Shown: positions 1-13,057, numbered from the stretch's first letter. The stretch is 64,000 nt of DNA from Vicugna vicugna (GCA_013265495.1 MU059330.1:13959980-14023979); one strand, 5' to 3'. Made by a program: numbers and translations. The notes: generated from the sequence alone by a model not told the origin.

Positions 1-29
1 CTTGGCAGCGCTGGCCTAGTCTTCAGACA

Positions 30-1835
30 ACCATTAGACGTCACAGGTGGGCTCGCCACACGCGTCGGACTTAAGGTTAGTAAACAAAAACCAGCTGTAC
101 TTTCATGTGCCAGCAGAAAACGACTGCAAAATAAAACTTAAGATCTTTCATTTACAATAGCATCAAAACCCACAAAGTACTAAGGATATGTGGTTTTCTA
201 ATGTGCAGATTTCCACAGAGAAAACTGCAAAACATTTCTGAGACAAATTCGAGAAGATTTAAATAAATGGAGAGACACAGCATGTTCTGGCCTGGAAAAT
301 TCAGCACAATTAAGCTGCCTGTTCTCCCCAAATATGTCTGTTTTTTAAATACAACCCTTTGAAAATGCCAGCAGAGGTTTTTATTGTAAAAACTGGCAGG
401 CTAATTAAAAATTTATATTTAAGAAAGAAAAGGACCTAGAAGAGCCAAAGTGATGGAATAGACGCCTGAACTGGGGGAAACCCTGCCGACTCCCAGGCCC
501 ACGAGAGCTGCGGTAACAGGGGAGCGCAGCGCTGGGCGGGGCAGCCGACGCCCCGACGCGGACACAGGCCCCGCTGCCGGGGGCGCTGGAGGCCAACAAA
601 GACCAAAGCGCCCGCCTGGGAAACAGGGCTCTGGACACAGGGCTCCGGGACAGCTGGATACCCACACGGACACGGCAAGCCCCAGCCCAGCCACACGGCA
701 AACACAGAAGTTAACTCAGCCCAGACCCAAGTGTGAACACGAGAGCCACAGACCTGCGGAAGAAGGCACAGAAGGAGAGCGTCCCTGCCCGGATGGGCCG
801 CGTCTCCTGAGACAAAGACGGGAGGCAACAGCCACTAACTTGATAACCAGAGTCCACCAAAGTTTAAACTTTCTTTTTTATTGAAGTGCAATCAGCTCAC
901 ACCGTTGTGTCAACTTCTGGTGTACAGTAAATTTTCAATTGAATAGTCAGACCATATTTTGGGAGGCAACATTCTCAAAATATATATTTGGAGTTTATGT
1001 TTAGAGTATATAGTGAACTTCTTTGGCAACTTAATAATGTAAACAAAGACCACAGTAAAAAAAAGTAGGCAAACGATGGTACATATATTTGTGTATGTGA
1101 AGAACATATAAATGGGTAACCAGCACATCAATAATTCTCAGTGTCATTACTCATCAGAGACACGCTAGCCCCCGTCAGAGTGGCTGACACTAAAATTATT
1201 GGTAATACCCAATGTTCACGGGGACCGGGGGCAAAGGGGACTGGCAGGAATGTGAAATGATACAACCGTCCTGGAAATGTCTTATAAAAATAAACATCCA
1301 ACGGCCCTATGGCCCAGGAATCCACTCCCAAGAATCCACCAAAGAACAGCGAGAGCGCAGCCACGGGACGGCGTGCGCGGGAGTGCTCACGGCGGCTTAT
1401 AGCCGCGAGAAGCTGGGAACAACCTTGGGGTCCATCAACGGGAGAATGGATGAAAAAGGTAATACATCTGAACAAGGAGTTCAACTCAGCAACAAAAAGG
1501 AATGAATCACCAACGCACACAACTACACAACTAAATCTCACAAACATCGTCTCAAGTGAGAGCAGCCAGACCCCAGAAGTGCGTGCCGTGCGGGGCCTTC
1601 AGGTACAGCTTCAGAGCAAGCTGAGCTGTTCCGTGGGGAAGCCAAATCTGAACGCTGTCACCCGGGGGCGGCGGGCGGGGCGGGGACTGGCTGGAAGGGG
1701 CTGTGAGACAGCTTCCATGGCAGTGAAAGTGCTCTGCATCTTGACAGAGGGTGTGTCGCACAGAAACACACATTTGGCAAAACTTACCACGTGGTGCACT
1801 CAAGATGTGCGCGTTAGAATGCAAGACAAAACTAG
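30..1835 (+). mobile_element. Old L1 (L1MC/L1ME-like) 3' part of ORF2 plus 3' UTR, degenerate
   Basis: Co-linear L1 landmarks: 'gaagatttaaataaatggagagacacagcatgttc' (~253), 'ctgggaacaaccttggggtccatcaacgggagaatggatg' (~1412) and 3' UTR 'ctctgcatcttgacagagggtgtg...catttggcaaaactt' (~1732). No intact ORF. The 500-830 segment is strongly GC-shifted. Confidence 0.85.
874..927 (-). mobile_element. Extremely 5'-truncated artiodactyl/camelid L1 tail inserted into the older L1
   Basis: 'tttttattgaagtgcaatcagctcacaccgttgtgtcaacttctggtgtacag' is the reverse complement of the L1 extreme 3' end. Flanked by near-direct repeats taaactttc (865-873) and taaattttc (928-936). Confidence 0.75.
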
Positions 1836-2044
1836 CACACAGACGCGTTCAGTTCTCCTCAGGGAGGCGCACGCTGCGATGTTTAAGAATCAGGTCTACT
1901 GACAGCAACTTAGAAAGACGTCAGAATTTACAACAAATAGACCAGATGCAGAGATGAAGACGCATGCGACACACCAGGTGGGGAAAAATCATCCAGGCAG
2001 CGGGCGTCCCTGTACGTCCTGCCGTATTTTATGTTTGAAAATTT

Positions 2045-2209
2045 TTATAATGAAACGTTAGGAATGTAAGCAAGGATTACATTAACAAAATAAAGGGAAA
2101 ATACCATATAATTCTGTCAATAGACGCAGAAAGATAAAACTCAATACTAGTTCATGTTTCAAACCCTTAGCAAACTAGGAATAGAGGGCACTTCATTAAT
2201 TACAGAGAA

Positions 2210-2259
<50 letters not shown>

Positions 2260-3020
2260 ACAGCAGCGAACATCAAGCTTAATGGCGAAATACCGAACAC
2301 TTGCCCCCTGAGGTCAGGAGCAGACAAGGACGTCCGCTCTTCCCGCTTCCATTAACAGTTGCTCTGTGAGTCCCATCCAGAGCAATGAGACAAGCTCAAA
2401 TGTAAGTAAATGCATATATAAATGTGACGTTGGAAGGAGCAAAATTGCCACTGTTCACACATGTTCATGTACGTACAAAGCTAAAATAGTCTACAAAATA
2501 TTGGGATTAAATACATTTGCAAAGGCACTCGACACAAGGCCAGTATATAAAAATCTCTTAGCAGTATTTCCATATGCTACCAACAAAGCAATTGGTAAAC
2601 AGAATTTTTTAAATACCAATAACATCGAAATACACGGCATATGTGCAAAACCTATACATGTAAAATAACATAACATTGCTGAGGGACGTTAAAAAAACCT
2701 AAATAAATGGAACAATGTAACAAGTTCATGGATGGGAAACTTTTTTTAATGTTAAGATGTCAATTTGCCCTAAAGTTCTCTATAGATTTAATGGAATTTC
2801 AGTCAAAATCCCTGCAAGTTCTTTGGTAGACACTGACAAATTGATTCGATAATCTGTGTGGAAATGCAGAGAGCCTAGGAAACCAAGGCCATCTCAGAGA
2901 GGATGAACAGCAACGACAAAAACAGGTGAACGAAGCTGGGGCCCTGACCCGCCTGCCCGGGAGGCTCACCACACAGCTCCAGTGGCTAATTCAGCGTGGT
3001 GCTGGCGCCACGATGGGTCG
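2045..3020 (+). mobile_element. L1 ORF2 (RT-region) relic
   Basis: 'caatagacgcagaaag', 'cttagcaaactaggaatagaggg', 'cctaaataaatgg', 'gttaagatgtcaatttgccctaaagttctctatagatttaatg' are typical L1 ORF2 landmarks. Many stops and frameshifts. Confidence 0.85.
2214..2257. repeat. (AC)22 microsatellite
   Basis: Perfect AC run read directly, inside the L1 relic. Confidence 0.97.
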
Positions 3021-6000
3021 ACAGTCCCGTGGAAAACCGGGAGAGTGTGGAAGCAGAGGTGTTCATGACCTCCCCCGTTGTCCCATTAGTGTGCAGGCTC
3101 TGCAGTGACGTCGCCTGTCTCTCTCCCACGCTTGGTGATCCTCACCTGCCCCTTTGCTTCCGGGGGTCCTGGCCCTTGATCTTTTCTCCAGGGGTCTCAG
3201 AGGGTTGACAGGCTATCGTCCTAGGAGTTGAATACTGAATGGACAAAAGTGAGCGATCTCTTTCCTGGACACCCAAAGGTTCCAGAGAGAAACTGAGGGT
3301 CTGTCTTGACTGATGAGCGCTTCTCGGTGGCCTGGGAGGTGCTCATTTTCACGTGTATTTGAGGAGTTAAATAATCAGTTAGATACACGTCCAAGGACTC
3401 ATTCTAAAGACGTGAGGTGGAGACAGACACTTACGAGTCACACATGAGGCTGCAGGCAGGGGGCCGTGGAGGACGGGGGAGAAGGATCAGGGCCATGGTG
3501 GGTACCCCCACCTTGAGGCAGAGCAGAGGATGCCCTGCCCCACAGCAGGCAGAGGGAGCCGGTCTTCAGGGCCGTGGGAGGACCTGGCGAGCACCACGTG
3601 CATCCGTGAGGCACACCTTTGTCAGGCGCCCCAAGTCGTGCTGCCGGTGCGCCAGGACCAGTGCTGTGACCTCAACATGCCTGCCACGAGGGTCCCTTGG
3701 CTTGGACCCAGGGAGGGCCCAAGTTTCTCAGGGTCTCAAGTGCAAACATTTTGGAGCCTCCCTCAGATAAAGCACTGAAAATCAAGTGTCGAACGTTAGG
3801 GATGGCATTGGCAGGGGCCGTGCAGCGGTCCCGGGCAGGGGTCCCAAAGCTTGAGTCTGGTCAGCGTCACGGTACACCCTCCTCTCCCCTCCTGCCTGCA
3901 CACCCACCCACGCTCACAAGCACACGTGACAAGAGGCCACATCCTGCCTGCGTCAGGGCCAGGGTGAGGGAGGGCTGCGCAGGGGCCCTGTGTCACGATG
4001 AGCAGTGCCCGGGGCGTCTGCAGCCCCGTGGAGCCTCGGGAAGGATGCTGGCAAGTGTCTAGCATCTTTGGGGAGATCCGACCCAGTGAGACCAGCCCTC
4101 CCCCCCCCGCTTCATTCTCACATCGGCATCCGATGCGCCTTGAGTGACTGCCCCTCCTCGTTTTGGTGAAAAGTCAACAGGAAGAGAGCAACATGAAAGA
4201 AGGAAAGAAAACAGGCCCCTGGAGCTGTCAGAAGGGCCATCTCGTTTTCCTGAAGTCCGGCAGCACCTCACCACGGGGGACACAGCGGCTCCTGTGCAGT
4301 GTGTGGCCGGGCCCGAGGGGGTGCGTGTGAGGACAGGTGCGGGGAGGGGGGCTCCAGCAGGAGACGAGAGCTGAGGACCAGCCTTGCTCCGGGGCCCCGA
4401 AGGTCACTGGAGGGGTCAATCTCTGGGAGCCACAGCCTGCGTTGCCACTCGGCACCCTTTAGGCTCTGTGAGGTTGGCAAGGTCAGTGTTTGGGGGAGCA
4501 GACCCACACCCCAACCTGGACGGACCCCCAGGTCAGGATGCAGGCTCACCCCCCCAAGCAAAACTGCCTGTCAGCTTTGTTCTGAGAGAAGCTTCCTGGG
4601 CATCGAGGACAGGACGGGCCGGAGTTCACGGCCCCCGCAGGGGCAGCTCGGGGCTGAAGACCTTCCCTCCGGGGCGGGAGCCACTGAGACACCAGGCGGT
4701 GGGGACGCTGAGGCCCGGGCTCGCTGCCGCAGCCCTGGTGTGATTACAGCAGGTGAGCCACCGACGGTTTCCCATGAGCTTTGTGGTTAAGACCCCGGGC
4801 CCGTCCAGAGCCGTGCTTTGCTCTGTCTGGCTAGTGGACCTTTCTGAAGTTCCAGACTTTCTACGAGATGATCTCAAAGCAGTGGGGGGTGGGCACGTGA
4901 TAACAGGGGCAAGGGGCCCTGGGCGTGTCGGCCGCATCCGAGGGCCGCCCCAGGCCCCCGGGTGAGATGAACAAGGTGCCGTGTCACAGCCCGCAGGCCG
5001 GGGCCGAAACTCACCGTCACTCAGCAGGATGTTGTGACGAAGACTCGACCCGCAGCCCCATGACCGTCATCGGGAAACCCCCGAAGAAACACAGGTGCCC
5101 CGGTCCCCAGGCCCTGAAAGCTTCCTGGGCAGGGCCCGCTGGGCTGCTCGCGTCTGACTGAACTCCTCTCCGACGAGGAACTTCACCCTCTGAGAGCAGC
5201 CGGGCTGACGGAGCAGAAGAGACGGCTGGTGGATTATTTATAAGACACGCTTCACCTCCAGGCTGTCGAAGAGGATGCCGTCACCGGAGCGGCCCCAGGA
5301 GGGCGGCTGCAAGAGCAGGCCGTTTCCGCTGGCGCTGGTCTCAGACCCCGCCAGCCTCCCCCTCCCCACGTGTTGACTGGCAGAGTGCTTTGGTCCAAGA
5401 GGGAAGAGGGACCAGCGGGGCGACAGTTTCCACCCTGAACATGGGACCTGGGGCCAGGCCAAGACCTGGAGGCAGGGCCATGGTGGACCCACCCTCCCTG
5501 GCGCCCAAGGACCCGCACAGGTGCCCAACCCGAGCCCCGCCTGGGGCCCCACGAGACTGCAGCTCCCTGACCCTGTCGGGCAGAGTGGCTCTGGGCCCGC
5601 TTCCCAGCATCTTCAGACCAGACCTAGTGTCAGGGGCAGTGTCATTGCCGCAGAGCAGCCCCTCCCCACCAGCCTGAGGCCGTGGGACTGACTCCCGCAC
5701 CCTCAGTGGTCTGGTGCCCAGGGGCCGCGCTCCGTGGCCCTCATTCTCTCCAATAATTCTCTCTTCCTCCAGACCCAGCTCCCTCGGGGAGGCTGAGCCC
5801 CCGTCCTCACCCACACATCCCACTGGTCCCCGAGAGCAAGGAGCAGCTGCCCGCTCTGGGGCGCCCGCTCACCACCCCCTGCGCTGCCCTAGCTAGCCAG
5901 CCCCCTGGCCCCTGACGGCGCCGTCCCCGACCCTCCAGTCCACGCCGCCGCCGGCTCCCTCCTCAGCAGGTGGGGCTGTGCCGGTCACAGGCAAACGCAG

Positions 6001-6065
6001 GTGCCCCTGGGAGGCGGGGCGCTCAGGGGTGCACAGGAGGGACACCACGGAGACTAACTACCCGG

Positions 6066-6080
6066 ACACCAGGTGGCGTC
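6066..6080 (+). promoter_or_regulatory. Candidate CTCF site
   Basis: ACACCAGGTGGCGTC vs core consensus CCASYAGRKGGCRS; first base mismatched. Motif only. Confidence 0.4.
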
Positions 6081-6184
6081 GCATGCGTCTCAACAACCAC
6101 TCTTCTGATGGAGAAAATACTCCACCGAATGGAGTTCTGACATCGAGCTACACGCTGGGCCTGCTCATGACACACACCACAGGT

Positions 6185-6272
6185 GCGTGTGCTCGCAGGC
6201 ACACACGCACGCACGCGCAGGCATACACGCGCATGCTCGCAGGCACACACGCGGGCGCTCGCAGGCACGCGG
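6185..6272. repeat. Degenerate GCTCGCAGGCAC(AC/GC)n tandem repeat, largely alternating purine-pyrimidine
   Basis: gctcgcaggcac at 6191, 6235 and 6257 plus a variant at ~6214, separated by acac/gcac/gcgc runs. Confidence 0.8.
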
Positions 6273-7329
6273 AGCTGGAAGGGCTGCACGGTTGCTGCCA
6301 CTTCCCGGTTCCTGCAGCCCGCGCTGCCTCCTGTTTGACGTTCTCTTCTTCTCAGTCGTTTGTGTGAGATGCTTAAGGAAGGCCGACCGCTTAGGACATG
6401 AAATGTCACAGCAGAGCCTCCACTTTGACAGAGCTTGTCACCGAGGCCTGGAAGCATCCAGAGTTCAAAAGAGACTCTGCTGATGAAGTCCAGCGGTCCG
6501 ACCCTCCCGGGGACGCCCAGGTACCCCCCCACCCCCGAAACTCCGTGTGCTACAGCTCTGTCCTCGAGGGAGCCACGGCTTACGTCTTCCTGCCGCTCTT
6601 CAGAGATTCATAAAATCAACTGAAAACACCTTTGCAAATGGCTTTAAGAAAAAAAGCAAACAGGGGTAAAACATTAGACGGAACGGGTAAGTCCCCAGGC
6701 GCTCACCTGCGATTCCGTGAGGCTGAGCGTGAAAGCAGTGTTGCCTGGGGCCCTGGCTGACACCTGGGGCTCGGCGCCCCGGGGCTCACCTGCGGAGGCG
6801 AGTGTTACCCTGCCACCTGCAGCTTGTCAACGGCAGGCTGCTCCTCTGATTGTCCTGCTCTGTCCCTTGGTCTTTGTCAGGCTTCAAGAGATTGTGGTAA
6901 ATGGATTAGAGGAGTCTTGGGCGCTACTGTCACTTCCCCTGGCTGTTCACGCAGACCTAGACGCCCGCAGGGCACGAGTCAGGCTGCTAGCAATGTCCAC
7001 TGGTTCTGTCCCGTTTTCCTGGACACACAGAAAGTTAATCATTAATTTCTCTGACATCTGATACCAGGAGGAGAGAACGGTATTTTTGTTCAGCCTGACG
7101 CTGTGAGAGTCAGCGTTCACTGGGCAACACCAGCACTCTGACAACACACGGCGTGAATATAAGTCAAGGTTCAGACAAACGGGAAAATCTGAAACAAACC
7201 TTAACGTCATATGTGGGAAAAGTCATGGCCAAGATTATTATTTTTGCAGCGAGGAAGAGCAGAGGACTTGAAGTTGCAGACAGCAACAAAACTGCAGAAC
7301 GCGCCCTGCGTGCTCCTTCCCGCGTGCGT

Positions 7330-10300
7330 GTTCGGGTTTCCTGTTTCTCCTCGTGTCCGTCTTGGTGATCCGTGCCTCGCAACGAATTTTCCATTTCATC
7401 TAAGTTGTTGAGTTCGCTGCCGTAATTTTTCACAGTGATTCCTTGTTATCAGTTTAATTTATGTGGGTTCTGCCGCGATGCCCCCTCCTTGCTCCTGAGA
7501 CGGGTCCCTGCATCTCCCGTCTTCCTCCCCTTGATCAGTTTGTCTAGAGCGCCGTCAATTTACTGACCTTCTCAAAGAACCAGCTCTTCTTGACGCTGAC
7601 GTCCTCTATTTTCTGTATTATTGTCTCCTCTCTTCTACATACTTTTCAGCTTCCTTTGCTTGATTCTTCAGGTGGAAACTGAGATCACTGATTTCAAACC
7701 TGTCTGTTTCCTCACAGAAGGTGGGATGGTACAAGTTTCCGTCCAGGCACTGCCTCGCTGCAGCCGTGGGCCTCGACACGCTGTCTTCTCACTGTCACTC
7801 AGTTCACAGCATTTTCTGGTTTCCCTTGTGACTTCATTGAAACAATGGTTTAAAATGTGCTACTTACTGTTTAAATATTTGGGGATTTCCCAACGTCTTC
7901 TTGTTGATTTCCAGTTCAAATTTTTGGGCTCGGAGAGCATATGTATAATTTCAGTCCATCTAATTGTGTCGAAACCTGCTTCACAGTCGAGCACGCCATC
8001 TGCCTTGGCGGCTGTTCCCGTGGACTCGGAAGGAGAGAATTCTGCTGCTCGTAGGTGCGACGTCTGAAGCCGCCAGACCGGCTAGCTGCTGACTTGTCCC
8101 AGCCTTCCGTGTGTCCACCGGCTCCTAGCCCAGCTGCCCGGCCAGCCACGGGGAGAGTAACGCTGGACCTTCACCGACAGCTGTGTGTTTGGCCGTCCTC
8201 CCTTTGCTTCTGTACGTCCATGTTTCGTGTATTCTGAGACTCACATACCAGGTTTGTACAGATTTGTGATCCTCCTGTCTTTTTATGTAAATGTCCCTCA
8301 TTGCCTCGATATTGCTACTCCAGCTTGCTTATGAGTGTCTTTAAATAACATATTTTCTATCTTTTTAATTTTATGTTCAAAAATTGTTCCTTAAAGGCAG
8401 TATGATTTCATCCAGTCTAGTAATACCTGCATTTTGTTTAGTTTGGTTAATTTAGTTAATTTAATTAATTATTCATACAGTTGGGTTTAAGTCCAACTTC
8501 TTGCAGTGAGTTTCATATTTTCCCGTCTGTTGTGTGTTGCTTCTTTTTTCTGTAACCTTAATTTTTTAGTGTTTCATTTTACGTCCTCTATTGATTTACT
8601 GGTTACTCTTTATTTTATTGGTATAGTTTTTCCTCTGCGGCTTCAATATACCTTTGTCGTGGTTTACCTTGATAAAACATCGCACTGCCATACGTATAAA
8701 TATGTTATGACAATAAGCTTTCATGCCTCCCTTTCTGTCTCTCGTGTTAATATTGGTATACAAATTACTTCCACAGACGCTACACATTACATACTGTATT
8801 TTCAATATTTTTGCTTTAAATTGTCAATAACTGTTTGAATCAATTGAAAAATAAAAAAGTATTACCCACGTATTTGCTGTTCCTCAATGTCTTCATTCCT
8901 CCAGATGTCGGTTTCAATGTGATGGCACTTTTCTGTATCATGAGGAGATGCTAAAATGACTTTTCATTACCAGTTCTGCTAGTAATAAAAGCCGATCTCG
9001 GCTGGGATCGGCTTTTTGCCTCATTTCTACGAGATCGTTTTAACTGGACATGGAACTCCAGCATGGGGTTTAAACCAGCACCTCCGAGCTGGTGCTCCGT
9101 TGTCTCCGCCCTGCAGTGCTTCCGGTGAGAAGTGAGCCACCACTTGCGTCTTTGTCATTTTCTGTGAAACATGCCCCATCCTGGGCTACGTTTAAGAGGC
9201 TTTTCTCTATAATTGGTTGTCAGTAATTTGATTAAAATGTGCCATGGTGTGATTTCCTTTTTCCTCTGAGTTCCTTTGAGTTCTGTAGGCTCGGATTTTT
9301 CACCAGGTTTGGAGAAGTTTTGATCATTATTTATTCAAACACTTGCCTCCCTCCCTCTTTTCCTGATATTTCAACCTCACACACGTTGGGCCTCGTGGTA
9401 TTAAAGCCACAAGTCAAGGAAGAGCCGCTCCTCTTCCCCAGCCTTTTTGTTGCCGTTGCTGCTGCATCTGGGACAATTTCTCCTGGCAGGTCTTCAAGTG
9501 CACTTCCCTCTGCAGTTTCTAGGCTGCTGTCCAGCCCATCCAGTGACTTCTTTTCATTTAAGAGACTGCGTTTCCAGCTCTAGAATATTACTGTGGTCAT
9601 TCTTCTGTGCTTTCTACGTCCCTGTTCACTGTGTATTCACTCACTGTTCATCATTCCCCGTTCGTATTATTCATTCACTCTCCTTAACTGCTTGTAAATA
9701 TTTAGAAGCGGCTTCAACGTTCCTTTTGGCTGTTTTTATCGTCTCGGTCATTTCCGGAGCTTGTCTCCCAGGAACGAGTCAGTTTCTTCCCATTTCCGTT
9801 GCGCGCTGTGCTTTGCAGTCACGCCTCTGAGCGGCTGGCCTTGCTGCCTTCCTTCGGTGAGCGCTGAGGATTCCTCTTCCAGAGGAAGTTAATCTCCCAG
9901 GGGTCAGGCTGGTCCGCTGAAGGCTGACCCCAGGCTGACTTGGACGCAGGCGAGCCTTCACCCTGGATGTGGGCTAGCCCCACTACTGAGGTGGGCCTGT
10001 CCTGGGCTCTTCACTGAGCGTCCCAAGCATTCGACGAGGTCTTCCTGCTCTGCCTGGTCAGACCCTGAACGTGCGCCAGCCCCCGACAGTCCTCAGGGTC
10101 GTCCGTTGCCCAGAGACAGCAAGAATGAAGGAATTAGCAGGCAAGCACTTTTTAAAAGCTCTCATGAATATGTCTGAGGACTCAAAGAAAACTGAACATG
10201 CTGAGTCTTTATTTTTGCTGTTTTTTTTTTAAGATTCTATGAGTCTGTTGTTTTTCAGGTTTATTATAATGTATGTGAGAATGGATTTCCTCTTGCCTGA

Positions 10301-10522
10301 GTGTTGCTGGAGATTAGCTGGGATTCTTAAGTTTCTAGATCGGGGTCTCTAGGCAGCCCTGGGAAATCCCCCCCGTTGCCTCTCCACACACCCTCTCTCA
10401 GCGCTCGCTGGGTCATACAAGTCTGTCGCTCCCCACATCATCCTGGGGACCAATCTGTTCTCCTGCAGCTTCCTTCCTGAAGCTTTCTGTTTAGGGCATT
10501 GGGGGCTGTTTTACAATTCACT

Positions 10523-10558
<36 letters not shown>

Positions 10559-10900
10559 ATGTTAACTTCTCTTAAACTCATCTATTGAGGGTTTTTTTCA
10601 GTTTTTAATATTGTATTTCTGGAAGTTCTAGTTCAGTCTTCTACAGATTAGCTTTATCATTTCCTGATCCTTGCGAGTATTTCCAAGCTTGTTTTTAATC
10701 TGTTATTTTATAATCCATGTTCAATGATTCCAACCTCTGAACCCTCAGGGGCCTTTTTCTATAAGGCTTGGCTGTGCCCTGAGGTGTGTTTCTGGAGCAG
10801 GCCACAGGTGCTGAGAGCAGGGTTGAGAAAGGACTTTTTTCTCTTCTTCAGAAGAATTTCAGAAAAAGGGGGAGACTCACGCCTCTACTTTCATGGCCTA
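7330..10900 (-). mobile_element. Old L1M relic (5' ORF2/endonuclease, ORF1 and 5' region), antisense
   Basis: Antisense landmarks 'gtcaatttactgaccttctcaaagaaccagctc' (~7553) and 'gtttggagaagttttgatcattatttattcaaac' (~9307). T-rich strand throughout, no intact ORF. Confidence 0.8.
10528..10555. repeat. (T)28 homopolymer
   Basis: Read directly; lies within the antisense L1. Confidence 0.95.
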
Positions 10901-10913
10901 AAATGAATACCAG

Positions 10914-11039
10914 GGGGAGGTTACGGTTCAGTGCTAGAGTGTGTGCTTAGCATGCATTGAGGTCCTGGGTTCAATCCCCTGTGCCTCCTTCAAATAAATA
11001 AATAAATAAACCTAATTATCCCCCCAAAATAATAAAAAT
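10914..11039 (+). mobile_element. Camelid tRNA-derived SINE (Vic-1-like), copy A
   Basis: A-box-like TACGGTTCAGTGCT, B box GGGTTCAATCCC, (AAAT)n tail with 'cctaattatcccccc'. 14-bp TSD aaaatgaata(c/t)cag at 10900-10913 and 11040-11053. Confidence 0.92.
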
Positions 11040-11059
11040 AAAATGAATATCAGTAGCAG

Positions 11060-11250
11060 TTAACACTTATGGTGCACTTTTTAATTCATACATCTATTTT
11101 TTATTTTAATTTCCACAAAAATTACCTGTGAGTTAATTTATTATCTCTTTCCTGGATAAAGAAACTGAGATTTGAACAAGGTAACGTCTTGCCAGATTTG
11201 CATGGTGAGAAGTGGCCACGATGAACGAGCTCCGGCCGTTCTGACCGTAC
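11060..11250 (-). mobile_element. MIR SINE fragment
   Basis: 'ttattatctctttcctggataaagaaactgagatttgaacaaggtaacgtcttgccag' resembles the MIR core 'attatccccattttacagatgaggaaactgaggc...gtaacttgccc'. Confidence 0.6.
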
Positions 11251-12369
11251 CGAGTGGGATGGAGCGCGGAAGACGGGACGGGGAGACGTGAAACAACCGT
11301 CTCAAAGTCAGAGAGGCAGAGTGAGGCTGTGGGGGAGAAATGAGGACGAGTGGGTGGGAACACCTGAGCCTGAGAGCAGGGACCTCAGACGTGAGTCCCC
11401 GCACAGACAGGAGCGACACGGAGGAGCCACGTGTCAGCAAAAGCAGGAAGAGTCGGTGGTGTCCCTGAGGAGCGTGTGACCACACCTGGAACCCTCGGGG
11501 CTCCTGTCTGCTTCCCCAGCTGTGAGAGCTGGGGCTGGGAGGCCGCTGACCCTCCACCTCACGTCACAGCACGTCGCAGGGTCTGCAGGGACATAAGACA
11601 CATCTCAGAAGTGAAATACCATTCTCTCATTTCGAAGGTTTTCAATGTTTGGAACTTGAGGAATTCGTGTCTAAGTTTCTCACTGCCAGCCTAAACGCTA
11701 AAGAAATGGCAGCAAACAGATTTTGTGTGGTCACTTACAAGCTGTACCCATTTATAAGTTGCATATACAACCATTTCTCTGGAAAACAATCCTCCAGCTC
11801 TTCATCAAGGTGCAGCCCCCCCACCAGACGACCAGTGTCACCCACTCCTCACAGTGCCTCACACAAGCCACCTTCTCAGGCGACACGACCCCAGAGGGTG
11901 GGAGGGAGGAGCCCGCGAGCAGTCACACGCTCGGGGCCGCCCGCCCAAGCCCCTCGACCTGTCGCCTGGTGCTGCTCCCCGGACCCCACAGTGACCGTCA
12001 CTTCCCTGCTGGACGGCAGCAGTGGGAGGGTGAGCTCATGGTCCTTCCTAGACGCCCTGAGGGGCTCCTGTAACCAGTCACCCCAGCCCCCCGTGGGCAA
12101 GCAGACTGGCTCTGCCGGCACGTGGAGCGTGCACCAGGCCCTGGGCTGGGGGCCACGCTTCTGGTACCCGTCTGACCTTCGCGCCCTCAGAGGAAGGCAG
12201 TTCTGGGCTGGGGGTTTCTTGTCACGTTCTCAAGGTCAAGTAGAGAGAGGTTTTAGTCCTGGAGAGGATGACTCCTGACAATCTGTCAGTCACGTTTCTA
12301 AAGACGCGGCTCACTGATGGCGGATGAACTGAGAAGAAGCCGCACACTCATTAGCACACGAGAGCCGAC

Positions 12370-12770
12370 CCCTCACGCAGCTCCGGGGCCGCCCTCCAGC
12401 CCGGAGCGATGCTGACTCGCTCCGCTGCAGCCACACTCTCTAGGATCAGCCACAAAGGCCGACACGTGACCGTAAACAGCGAAAGGCCGTCTGGCCCTCG
12501 GGGGCCGCCGGGGCGCCGGGCTGCGCGGGGCCGGCCCGGGGCGCAGAGGCTCGCCGGCTCCGGGGGTGGGGGCGCGCGCTCGGCCGCAGCCCGCAGGGAG
12601 CTTGGAATCAGCTGGGCGGGCGCACTGACACCACGCAGTCGGCAAGCGCTCCAGATCAGGGCCGTTCTCCCCGGAGACGCGTTTGTGACTGTTTACAAGG
12701 CCACCAGCGGGGTAAACTCGGGACAACACGGTGGGCGTTCAGTGGACGTCTTCCTGCACGGGACGGGATA
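12370..12770. other. CpG-island-like GC peak
   Basis: Very dense CpG and GC, e.g. 'gggccgccggggcgccgggctgcgcggggccggcccggggcgc' at ~12503-12545. No recognisable exon. Confidence 0.6.
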
Positions 12771-12922
12771 ACCAAAATATAAACTCACATACCCAGAGAG
12801 AAAATAGTTAACAGAAGCTGATGAGTGAAAAAAAAGGGTAAGAATAAAACTGCTCTAAGGTGAAATTTAGCTGTAACTTTTTTAATGGTAATCACATGGC
12901 CTCAGTCCTAGAGCACTCTCTT

Positions 12923-13057
12923 AGACTTTTTGAGATTTTATTTCATTTTTCCCTTTGACAGAGGCGCCGGGATTGAACCCAGGACCGCGCACACGCCGCG
13001 CACACGCCCTGCCCCCGAGCCGTGCCCCCGACCCCAACCCCGCCCCGCCCCGCCCCG
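12923..13057 (-). mobile_element. Camelid tRNA-derived SINE, copy B, heavily GC-shifted
   Basis: Reverse complement reads GGGGGCACGGCTCGGGGGCAGGGCGTGTGCGCGGCGTGTGCGCGGTCCTGGGTTCAATCCCGGCGCCTC plus an A-rich tail; B box intact. Candidate TSD gagcactctc (12911-12920) / gagcgctccc (13058-13067). Confidence 0.88.

Noticed and set aside
5040-5350. Sequence with the texture of an old repeat or exon (minus-strand peptide GDGILFDSLEVKRVL)
   Set aside because: Could not be matched to any family or protein I recognise; left uncalled pending RepeatMasker/BLASTX.
10528-10555. (T)28 as a separate poly(A) retro-insertion
   Set aside because: No TSD; it sits at a pyrimidine tract of the host L1 and is best explained as slippage expansion.
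10914-10990. tRNA gene-like A/B boxes (also at 12961, 39000, 50158, 58769)
   Set aside because: No cloverleaf or anticodon arm; A-rich tails and/or TSD candidates identify them as SINEs.
11649-12278. 209-aa ORF possibly of retroviral or cellular origin
   Set aside because: No identifiable motif; low-complexity Ser/Pro-rich; needs BLASTX but nothing supports it from sequence alone.
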